Below are positions 44,401-56,753 of a DNA stretch of 64,000 nt, one piece after another. Made by a program: the position numbers and the translations under genes. The stretch lies in assembly GCF_009914755.1 (NCBI RefSeq), contig NC_060925.1; one strand, given 5' to 3'. The notes below the pieces were generated by a model, which was not told the origin of the DNA, made no database searches, and was given only the letters and a program-made list of their open reading frames with translations. Origin of the DNA: the human T2T-CHM13v2.0 reference genome, Homo sapiens. The stretch's first letter is position 1; each line of letters starts with the position of its first letter.

Positions 44401-47400
44401 CAGACAGTGAGGCTCACACAGAACTGGGGCTTTGCCAGACAAACACACTCAAATGATAATAGTGCAAGACAGGAGTATGAGAAGGAGAGTGTATATTTGA
44501 CAAATAGTTTTTTGCAATGAGAGAAGACATATATGTTCCCTGCCTTCAAGAAATTTAAATTTCATTTGGTTGTCCAAAAATAATGCAAACAATAAAGCTA
44601 ACAACTGGTAAAACTATATTGTAGAAATCAGGGTAGTGATTACCTTTGAGGGGAGATGTATAGCCCAGAAGAAAGCATAACGGGGTTTCTGGGATGCTGG
44701 TACTATTTTGTTTCTTGATCTGGGTGTTTATTGCATGAGTATATCACATTTGTGAGAATTCAGTGAGTGGTAGACTTATGATGTATACTTTTATGTAAAT
44801 ATAGGTATGTTGTATCTCTATAAAGTATTAAATTGGTATAAAATTTACATAAGTTATATGAAACATACCCAGTTAGCATATAAATAAATGCCAAATGAAC
44901 ATTACAAAGATTCAGTACTATTTGAAGTTCATAAGAAACAGAAATAACTATGGTTTGCAATGTTTACATAAATAATATTATTGCTGAACATTTAACATGA
45001 CAGCCACGCTATACTTATTTATATACATTAGATTATATATTTCTTAAATCAACCGTATAGTCAGGTGTTCCTATTATTATTATTTTAGAATGAAGAAATT
45101 AAGGCCAGGAAAGTTGATGTGATTGGCCTAACTCTATTTACATGGCTTTTCAGTAGTGGAGCCAGGATTTAAACCTGTCTACTTCATTGCACAGACTCAG
45201 ATCCTATTGGCAGTAGAGTCAGAGGAAGGTCCATGGAAGTTTGGGATTATGTGAGGAGCTGAAAGTACAGGAGCAGGTAACCAAAGTAGGAAGTGCAGGA
45301 TTTGAAGGCAAAAATGGTCTTTTGGCAGGGAGTTAACTCTTTTGGATAAAGGCAGGGACAATGGATTATCTTTGCTTTAATCACCTTTGAAATCCTTTTG
45401 TGGGCAGTGTCAGGACAGAATTGCTTGAGAAATGTAAAATGTATCTGCCTGTCTTTTAAAACAGTCCCTGTAGATGTAAAACCAAAAATAACCTGTTAAA
45501 TCTGTTTCAAGTAAAAGCTGTATTTAAAAAAAAATACATAGCGCTTTGAAAATTATCAAGAAAATGACTCTCTAGCTGAGAAACGGCATGTGTCTGTGGT
45601 TAGCACAAACAATTTGTCAACACGCATTGGTTGTTATGTTGTTCACAAACTCACAGTTCTTCCTCCTAGGCTTGTGTACCATCTACCTACATTACTGAAA
45701 ATAGACATTTGCCATTTCAAAAGAAGGGGGGAAAAACGCCATCAATACTATCTTGGAAGCAAGACACAGCTAGCTTCCGCATATGTACTTCTGACCTCAG
45801 CTGCTGCTCTGGGGGTGCCGTGAAGAGTTTAGTGTCATCCAGGAATGAGAGCAATTAGAGAGGATTACTGTGTTCCTGGATGATAAATAAATGAGGAGAA
45901 AACTGTCCAGTCGTTCCCTCTCTCACCGGGCTCTTTCTGCAAACCAGCCCATTAGAGTCACCCTCCATTAGAGCACAGAGTCTCAGGGTTAGAAAGAAAC
46001 ATTGCAAAGGCGTCTAGTAGCATCCTCTGCCCAAAGCAAGGTAGGGATCCCCCGCTGGCCCCACCTCCCATGTAACTCCAACTCACCAGATCTCACATTT
46101 GATTTGGATTACACCCCTGCCGAGAACATAAAATCTCAAATGAAGGACCCAGGGGGCTCAGCAAAAGGTCACCAGATGCCATCTTAAAGGTCTGCCAGCC
46201 TTGGCAGCGACTCAATGCCACCAATTTCCAACTGTGCGCCATCTAACAGGCCCTAAACCCTCTGGAGAAGACAGCCTAGAGTGTGCCAACACAGTGAATG
46301 GGGATCTAATTTCAGTAAATGAAAGCATGTTCTTATTTGTAAGTAATAAGAGATAATCAAGACAACCAGACTTTTCTCTTTTTAAAAAGACAATAAAAAA
46401 TAAAATCGGAAATGGGAGGGGAGTACAGCTGAAAAAGCTCACCAAACTCCACAGGGAAGCTGAAATGTGAAGCCTGTGCTAATGTAGCTAATGCTATTGT
46501 GTCAAAGTATGAAGGTTTTTTGTTTCTTTTTCTTTTTTTTTTTTTTTATGTCATGGAACCATACCATGTACTATTATCATAGAAATTTAGTCTTCGAAAA
46601 GATCAAAAAAATATGTTCATTCAACTCCTGAACCTATACTTGAATCATTTCTTTATCAATGTAATTATTTTAGCTAATATGTTCTATCTAAATGCTTATG
46701 TGTGTCAGCCACCACACATAAATTCTTTCATGTTGTGTGACTTTGGGAATATCTGATTTTCAGGTTCTCAGCTGTGAGATGAGAAAAAATAATCCTTATC
46801 AAGATAAAATGTATAAAATATTGAGCACCAAGCCTGGTGTTCCTCCACCAGACCTCGACAAATAGTAATTTTATGTTAATCATAACTTAAAGTGCTAGCT
46901 CCTTTATACACACACTCCTCATCACTCAGGTACAAAGGGATGCTTCTTTCTCTGGAATCCCAAAACTTCCTTTATTGACAGACAAAACTAAAGTTCAAAA
47001 AGTAAAGGTTTTGTAGTAGATAGGAACTCAAGAAAATCTATTTAAATAGATAAAAAGAGAGATAATTAATGCAATCTATCTGGCCACCTTGTTATTTACC
47101 AATCACAGTAAATACAAATTTTAGAAATCACCCCCCCTTTAAAAAACAAAGATTAATTAGTATTAAAAATCTATTCTGATAAAGCAATCACATTCCTTAA
47201 TTGTGATTAAAAAAAAACAACCCAAACATTGTTGCATCACGATGTCCTCAGGTGGATTACACCCAAGAGCTTTACAGACAGTGCAGCTTTACCAGTCTGG
47301 AGCCAATGTTTATTGGCTAAAATGTAAATCTGGGAACCAATCTTTAATGGCTTGAAATGTAATGTCTTTTGCACTTGCATTCTCTCCTGTTTCGCTTTTG

Positions 47401-48019
47401 CAAGTCTAAGCAAAATGACTGTGCAACTGCCTGGCCTCTTCACCAATGATCTCTGTGCTGTAGGGCACAGTTTCTGAGCCAGGTCTTCTATCCATACTCT
47501 GAGAGGATGCAGCATAAACAGTTCTGTCTCTGCATCACGTCTGGATGCATCCACATGGTCTATGGGAACGAGGAGCCATCATTATTGCTATGTTATTTTG
47601 TTTAATCAGGTTGAACTAAATCAGGAATATATAAAAAGATGATGGATTTAAAAATACTCTATCAATATAAATTTGTTATCTCAAAATCTTAGCTGGCGAA
47701 ACTAAAGGTGGCCAAATATCATTTAATCTCTTTATACAAAGCTTCCATATACACACATGAGAAGTTTTATTTTGTTTCTAAAACAAAGATTGATTGTAAT
47801 CAACCTTTCTAATCTCTTAAAAAAATTTCCAATTGACAAAATAACACAGATACCTTTACAGGCCAATACTTCTATCTCTACACCAACATTTTAAATGTCT
47901 AATGGTATTTCATTATATAGATATAAGATAGCTTATTTAATTTTTCCTATATTGTTGAACATTAATTTGATTTCCAAATTTTCATTAATTTCAATGTTGC
48001 TGCTCTGCTGGAGATGTTT

Positions 48020-48768
<749 letters not shown>

Positions 48769-50690
48769 ATTTTTGTGTAAATCTTCGAAACCAAATCATT
48801 ATACCCATCCATAATCATTTCCACAGAACTGATTCATAGATACAGATCTTATGCCAAAGTACATATACTTTTAAGGCTTTCAATAAGTATACTTTAAAAA
48901 ACACAGTATCATATGAGTATTTTCTCTAAACACCTGCCAGCACTGGGTATCTCCATTATAAAACATTCCTAATTTGATTTGTAAAAAATAATGTCTCATT
49001 ACTGTTTACATTTCTTTTATTATCCTGCAGGTTGAATATACCCCCACATATCTGTTGTTCCTTTTTATTTCTTCTATTTCCTGTCTAGGTCTATTGCCAA
49101 TTATTGAAATAAGGCTGTTCATCTTTTTCCCATTGATTTGGAAAAGCCTTTATGCATTTAGGAGTTAATTATTTTTCTGTCACATATGTTGTAAACAGTA
49201 TTTTGTTTTTGACTTTGACTTTGTATTATATTTTTTAAACTATATAGAATTCAAATGGCAAAAATAACTGTTACCTCATAGTCTCAATATTTGGGATCAA
49301 CGGACACTTATAAGTTTTCTAAAACATCTATTTAATATTTGCTTTCATAATGCCCTGTATTCTTATTTGCAGACTTATGACCAGAACAACAGTATATTAT
49401 GCTTCTTTATACTTCTCACAGTGCCTAAAACAAACACAAAAACAAACAAAAACAAACAAAAATTATTCCAGGATATTAATACAGAAGCAGTTTAATGCAG
49501 TGGAAAGGGCTTAATAGAAGTATGATTTTAGCATACTACTTTATTATTTTGAACTTGTAAAAATGAAGATAAGTATCTTCTGTGATGTTATTGTTCAGTT
49601 TTAATGAGAGATTGAGTTCATAGATATTCAGCTATTGTGTAGATTGTATAGTGAGAAAAGTAGTAAACAAAGATAAGGCTTATTGATCAGTTGTTTCTAA
49701 AAAATAATAAATGGGATACTTGAATTTTTCAATCACAAAATTTATCCATACTTTATGTATGGACTATAATTGTTCAGTGCTTCCATCTCCTGCCTGGATT
49801 ATCATAATAACTCTCCAAATGTTTTCTCTCTTTTTATTTGTGTCACTCCCAAGTTACTCACCACTTAACAGACAGAAGCAGCCTTTAGAAAACATAAATA
49901 CAATGTGAGCAGCACTGCTCTCAATTTTCCAATGGTTTCCCATTCTACATGGAACAAAATCCAAAGTTTCTACTATGGCCCTACTGGCTTCTCTGACCTT
50001 ATTTCCTGCTCCTCTCCCCATTCCCCACCGTGCTCCACAAAAAATGGCTTTCCTGCTCTTTCTTAAGCATACCAAGAGGCTTTGTTCTGACTATTCTGTC
50101 TCCTTAGAATGCTCTTTCATCAGATATTTACATGATGTACTTTCTCTGTAGGTCTGTGGAGTCACTAGGATGGAGGCGAGTACCTGTGGTATCACTTGGT
50201 GCAAGCTGGACCTCAGTGGCAGAAAAGCAGCAGGTATATGGGTTCCCTGATCCTGAGCACTGTGCTCCTGGTGAGGGATGGTGTTCTGATTTTTATGAGT
50301 GTGATGGCCAGTACTGAGTGTCAACTCGATAGGATTGACGGATGCAAATTATTGATCCTGGGTGTGTCTGTGAGGGTGTTGCCAAAGGAGGTTAACATTT
50401 GAGTCAGTGGGCTGGGAAAGGCAGACCCACCCTCAATCTGGGTGGCACCATCTAATCAGCTGCCAGTGCAGATAGAATATAGAGCAGGCAGAAAAATGTG
50501 AAAAGGCTAGACTGGCCTAGCCTCCCAGCCTACATCTTTCTCCTGTGCTGGATGCTTCCTGACCTCCAACATTGAACTCCAAGTTGTTCAGTTTTGGGAC
50601 TCAGACTGGCTCTCCTTGTTCTTCACCTTGTGATGGCCTATTGTGGAACTTTGTGATTGTGTGAGTTAATACTTAATAAACTCCCCTTTA

Positions 50691-50842
50691 TATATGATAT
50701 ATATATTTTATATATCATATATAAATTATATATGATATATATATTTTATATATCATATATAAATTATATATGATATATATATTTTATATATCATATATAA
50801 ATTATATATGATATATATATTTTATATATCATATATAAATTA
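50691..50842. repeat. 4 perfect copies of a 38-bp palindromic AT-rich unit
   Basis: Unit tatatgatatatatattttatatatcatatataaatta starting at 50691, 50729, 50767 and 50805. Confidence 0.93.
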
Positions 50843-51064
50843 TATATTATATATACTATATATGTAATATATGTAATATATAATATATATATACACACAC
50901 AATATCACAACAAAGTGATTCACATACTTTTTTTGGTTTCATGGTGCACATAAAAGTTATGTTTACACTATACTGTAGTCTATTATGTGTGCAATAGCAT
51001 TGTCTAAAAGAATGCACATACCTTAATTAAAAATACTTTATTGCTAAAATATGCTAATAATCAT

Positions 51065-51642
51065 TATATATATTTTATATATATAAAACTAATAGGATAT
51101 ATATCATATATAATATATATATGTCCTATATATAAAATATATCCTATATATAAATATATATATTATATATTTTATATATTAAATATATAATTATATATAA
51201 ATATATATTTATATATAAATATATTATTTTAATATATATAAATATATTTAAATATATTTAAATAGAATATTAAATATATAAATATATAATTATATTTAAT
51301 ATATAAATATATATTAAATATATAATTATATTTAATATATATAAATATATATTAAATATATAATTATATATTTATATATTTATTATATATAAATATATAT
51401 TTATTCTAAATAAATATATATTCTAAATATATAATATTTTATATTATATAATATATAATATAAAATATATAATAAATATATAATATATAAATAAATAAAT
51501 ATTTATTATAAAATACATATAAATATTAAATATATATATTTAATATATATAAAATATATAAAATATATATAAAATATATATTAAATATATATATTTAATA
51601 TATATATTTAATAATATATAAAATATATATTATTTATATATA
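51065..51642. repeat. ~580-bp degenerate (TA)n/AT-rich tract
   Basis: Almost entirely A/T. Confidence 0.95.
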
Positions 51643-52421
51643 TCTTATTTGTTCTGCCCCCTAGAGAACCCTGACTAATACAATGAGGCAAGCATGAGGC
51701 AACCTTATACAAAAAGAAAAAAAAATTACCTGGGCTCCAGGCAGTCAACTTAAGTGCCATCGGTTTGTAACAGTAAATGAGAATGTCAGATGCCCAATAT
51801 TGGGCAAACTTGAGACCTGTGAATAGTTGCAGCCTCTTTTTCTTGAGCAGGGGAGGGAAGAAGATACTATTAGCTTCATGGAGAGTTTAAATCTGGTAGA
51901 GCCATACGCACAAGGAGGAAGGCTGGGCTAGTCTTAGCTCACTGGTAGCTAACCTGGGATAATTCTCATTGCATAATTCTAGCTGCTTATCTCTGCACTG
52001 TCTCAGTTCAAATGTCTCCTGCTCAGAGACAGCTTCTGGGACCCTTTAAGAGCTGATAGACCCTTATGTTCCTTTATTTTTCCTTATTGCACTATCCCTG
52101 CATGAACAATCATTGTTTATCTGTCTATTATGTGTTTCCCATCACTAGAACTTCAGGTACACTTCTGTGTCTCCATGGCTTGGCACTCAGTAGGTGCTCA
52201 GTTAATATTTGTGAAAAAGAAGTTGATGGAATTCCATATATACATTAATTTCTAAAACCATTAACTTTAACACTTAAAGGAGTTTAAGACAAGTCACAAA
52301 GAATTTATTAATATAAATGGTTTTGGAGGATTCAAAAATGACAGAATATGGGCTTTAGGAGAGTCACATGGGAAAATACCAGAACTTTGCATATCTTGGG
52401 TATAAATATCAATGCAAATTA

Positions 52422-53250
52422 CAGGTATACCTCAGTGATTTGTGGTTTAGTTCCAGAGAGCTGCAATAAAGCAAATATCACAATAAAGTGATTCACATAT
52501 TTTTTTTGGTTTCATGGTGCACATAAAAGTTATATTTACACTATACTGTAGTCTCTAATGTGTGCAATACAATAGTCTAAAAAACAATGCACATACCTTA
52601 ATTAAAAATACTTTGTTGTTAAAATATGCTAATAATCATCTGTGAGCCTTTAGCAAGTCCTCATCTTTTTGATAGTGGAGGGGCTTGCCTCGATGATACC
52701 TGCTGACTAATGAGGTTGGTAGTTGCTGTAGGTTGCAGTGGTTGTGCAATTTCTTAAGACAGCAATAAAGTTTGCTGCATCTATTGACTCATCATTTTAC
52801 AAAAGATTTCTCTGTAACATATGATGCTGTTTGATAGCATTTTACCCACAGGGAAACTTCTTTCACAATTGGAATCAATCCTCTCAATTACTGCCACAGC
52901 TTTATCAACTAAGTTTATATGATATTCTAAATCCTTTGTTGTCAATTCAACAATGTTCACAGCATCTTCACCAGGAGAATTGATTCTATCTCAAAAAACC
53001 ACTTTCTTTGCTCATCTATAAGAAGCAACTCCTCATCTATTTGAGTTTTATCATGAGATTGCAGAAATTCAGTCACATCTTCAGGCTTCACTTCTAATTC
53101 TAGTTCTCTTATTATTTTCACCACACCTGCAGTGATTCCTCCACTGAAGTCTTGGAACCCTCAAAGTCATCCATGAGGGTTGGAATCAACTTATTCCAAA
53201 CTCTTGTTAATGTTGCTATTTTGACATCCTCCCATGAATCACAAATGTTC
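52422..53250 (-). mobile_element. Tigger1 DNA transposon fragment (one TIR end)
   Basis: ta|caggtatacctc terminus; antisense transposase-region text (tttatcaactaagtttatatgatattctaaatcctttgttgtc). Confidence 0.85.
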
Positions 53251-54635
53251 TTTTTTTTTTTAAATTTAAGTTCTGGGATACATGTGCAGAATGTGCAGGT
53301 TTGTTATATAGGTATACACATGCCATGGTGGTTTGCTGCACCCATCAACCTGTCACCTACATTAGGTATTTCTTCTAATGCTAACCCTCCCCTTCCCCCA
53401 ACCCCCCACTGACAAGCCCTGGTGTGTGATGTTCCTCTCCCTGTGTCCATGTGTTTTCATTGTTCACCTCCCACTTATAAGTGAGAACATGTGGTGTTTG
53501 GTTTTCTCTTCCTGTGTTAGTTTGCTGAGAATGATGGTTTCCAGCTTCATCCATGTCCCTGCAAAGGACATGAACTCATCCCTTTTAATGGCTGCATAAT
53601 ATTTCATGGTGTATATGTGCCACATTTTCTTTATCCAGTCTACTATTAATTGGCATTTGAGTTGGTTCCAAGTCTTGCTATTGTGAACAGTGCTGCAATA
53701 AACATACGTGTGCATGTGTCTTTATAGTAGAATGATTTATAATCCTTTGGAATGGGATTGCTGGGTCAAATGGTATTTCTGGTTCTAAATCCTTGAGGAA
53801 TCACCACACTGTCTTCCACAATGGTTGAACTAATTTACACTCCCACCAACAGTGTAAAAGCGTTCCTATTTCTCTACATCTTCACCAGCATCTGTTGTTT
53901 CCTGACATTTCAATGATTGCCATTCTAACTGGTGTGATATAGTATCTCATTCCTGACATTTCAATGATTGCCATTCTAACTGGTGTGATATAGTATCTCA
54001 TTACGGTTTTGATTTGCATTCCTCTAATGACCAGAGATGGTGAGCTTTTTTTCATATGTTTGTTGGCCACATAAATGTCTTCTTTTGAGAAGTGTCTGTT
54101 CATATCTTTTGCCCACTTTTTGATGGGTTTTTTTTTTTTTTTTTTTTTTTGGTAAATTTATTTAAGTCCCTTGTAGACTCTGGACATTAGCCCTTTGTCA
54201 GATGGATAGATCGCAAAAATTTTCTCCCTTTCTGTAGGTTGCCTGTTCACTCTGATGATAGTTTCGTTTGCTGTGCAGAAGCTCTTTAATTTAATTATAT
54301 CCCATTTGTCAATTTTGGCTTTTGTTGTAATTGCTTTTGGTAGTTTAGTCATGAAGTCTTTGCCTATGCCTCTGTTCTGAAGGGTATTGCCTAGGTTTTC
54401 TTCCAGGGTTTTTTTGGTTTTATGTTTTACATTTAAGTCTTTAATCCATCTTGAGTTAATTTTTGTATAAGGTATAAGGAAGGGGCCCAGTTTCTGTTTT
54501 CAGCACATGGCTAGCCAGTTTTCCCAGCACCATCTATTAAATAGGAAATCTTTTCCTCATTGCTTGTTTTTGTCAGGTTTGTTGAAGATTGGATGGTTGT
54601 AGATGTGTGGTGTTATTTCTGAGGCCTCTGTTCTG
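53251..54635 (-). mobile_element. 5'-truncated primate L1 (L1PA7/8-like): 3' UTR and ORF2 C-terminus
   Basis: Poly(T), L1PA 3' UTR; ORF fragments 53464..54352 translate to L1 ORF2p C-terminal motifs (WIKKMWHIYTMKYYAAIK; [16 protein letters not shown]). Confidence 0.93.
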
Positions 54636-54659
54636 GTCAATGGATATTTCATAATGCCC

Positions 54660-55520
54660 TCTACTGCCCCCACCTTTAGCATGCCAGGGCGCCTCCTAAA
54701 ATGTGGCATCCAGAATGAAGTGTGCAGTACTCCACTGAGTTCTGTGTAGAGTGAGCCTCCACATCTCTCTGTCTGAATACCCTTGACTCATGCTAAGCTC
54801 AAACACAGGCAATACCCAAACATTTATTCCATATAACCATTTCCATGTACACTTCTCCAAAGATAGCCTTTGCATATATTTCTGTTTATTTAATCTTGTT
54901 GGTTTTAGCTTATTTCCCTGCCAAGGCTTGTCAGCTTTCTGCTAACTATGGGTTTACAAAAACAATTTGTCTATCTTCCTTTGACTGTGTATTAAAAACT
55001 GTTGAATAAGAGCAGGGTCACACACACAAATCCTCCCCACCTCCAGCAAGTTGTGATTATATCAATTGTTCCATCACCACTTTGTTGGTGTATCACCTAT
55101 CTCAACACCATCCAGTCTAGAGTTCTCTGCCTTGTTTCATGCCTTTGTGAAAAAGTTGTGCCCAATGACTCACCAAAATCAACACATACTGTCTTTATCA
55201 TTCTCTTCATTTGGGCTGCAGTAATCTTGTCAATGATGAGAATGGAACAGTTTGGCATAATCTATTTTTAGTCAATGCATACTTACTCTTGGTGTTTTAT
55301 TTTCACAACTAATATATTTAATTCTTTGGCCTACAGTTTTGGCAGGGATTGTCCACAAGCCTCTGACTCTGTGATATTATTACTAGCTCCTATCTCCTTT
55401 TTGAAAATGAGAATATTTGTCTCCTGTCACGTGGCATGTTACTCATCAGGATTGCATAGTAACATCTGGATGTTATTTTAACAGCATGGGCCTTTAGATT
55501 TGGATTTATTTAAAGCAACT
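54660..55520 (-). mobile_element. Ancient L3/CR1 LINE fragments (approximate)
   Basis: aaaatgtggcatccagaatgaagtgtgcagtactcc and gaacagtttggcataatctatttt resemble antisense CR1/L3 RT region. Confidence 0.5.
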
Positions 55521-56317
55521 AAGTATTATCTTTCTAGATTTTTATTTTTCTTGGCAGCCATGTCACTCTAATTTATTTAATAGGCTTTTACCATGTACAA
55601 TATTTTATCCTCTGTGCTGGGGATATAGTTGTGCATATATAATTTACAGTAAATTGGGGAGACAGAAATGCATAGGAAGTTGTAAGCATGTACTATTCCT
55701 TACGGGTGTTACAGGAGCCCCCAGGTGGGGCAGGCAAATGTGGGTCTGGTGGTGGCAGCACGTCATTAAATTTTTATTTTAGAAAGATCACCCTGGCCAT
55801 ACTGGAGAATGGGGCTTCTCAAACTGGAATGTGTGGAGGAGTCACCTGAAAATTCAGGTTTAAAGTAAGATTCTTAATATATCAGGAAGGGAGCTGAGGT
55901 TCTGTTTCTAACAAGTTCCCAGCTAAGACTGATGCTGGAGATCCATGGACTACACATTCAGGAGCAAAACTGCAGAGAGTCAAGTAGAATGTGTGAAGAT
56001 TAGAGACAGGGAACTATGTTGGAAGGCGGTTATAGTGACCTAGGAGGAAGATGATGATGGCACAAATAAGGGAAACCTGTTTCACTCCTTGAAGCCTACA
56101 CATTAGTCTCTTTTGCTCTTTTGTGAAATATATGTATACTAAATATAAGTATTTTTCTTTGATCTGTGAGCAGTTACACAGGTTAACTTAAGGAAAGAGG
56201 GAAGGAGAGCTCCATTCCAGTCTTAGATCTTAATAACAAACCTGGAACTTCAGGGGCTTGCTTTAAGACCACTGAGGCCTTAGTTATCTCACCTCATCTG
56301 TAAAATGGGAGTCTGGT

Positions 56318-56753
56318 TGTTATGGGTTGAACTGTGGCCCTGCCAAGATTCCTGTGGTGATATTCTAACCCCCATACCTCAGTATATGACCTTATTTGGA
56401 AATAGGGTTATTACAGATGTAATGAGCTGAGATTAGGTCATATTGGATTAGGGTGGGCCCCTAATGTAATTGACTGATGTCTTTATAAAAAGGGGCAATT
56501 TGGACACAGATGCAGATGCAGGGAGAAAGCCATGTGAAGCTTGGAGATATGCTGCCACAAGCCAAGGAACTGCGAGAACAAGGGGAGGCCTAGAACACAT
56601 AGGTCTTTCCCTGGCACCTTCATAGGGATCACAGCTCTATGGACAATTTGACTTCAGACCTCTGGCCTCTAGAACTTGAGACCATGAACTTCTGTTGTTC
56701 TAAGCCACCCAGTTTGTGGTACACTATTACAGCAGCCCTAGCAAGCTAATATA
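56318..56753 (+). mobile_element. MaLR LTR (MLT1B/C-like)
   Basis: tgttatgggttgaactgtgg...gaccttatttggaaataggg...taagccacccagtttgtggtac...agcagccctagcaagctaata. Confidence 0.85.

Larger units (their letters stand above)
50300..51682 (+). mobile_element. MLT2A-type (ERVL) solo LTR with a greatly expanded internal AT-rich region
   Basis: tgtgatggccagtactgagtgtcaact...ctagagaaccctgactaataca; perfect TSD ATGAG (50295-50299 / 51683-51687). Confidence 0.92.

Noticed and set aside
53464-54352. ORFs with L1 ORF2p similarity
   Set aside because: 5'-truncated, frameshifted L1PA relic; not an active element or a gene.
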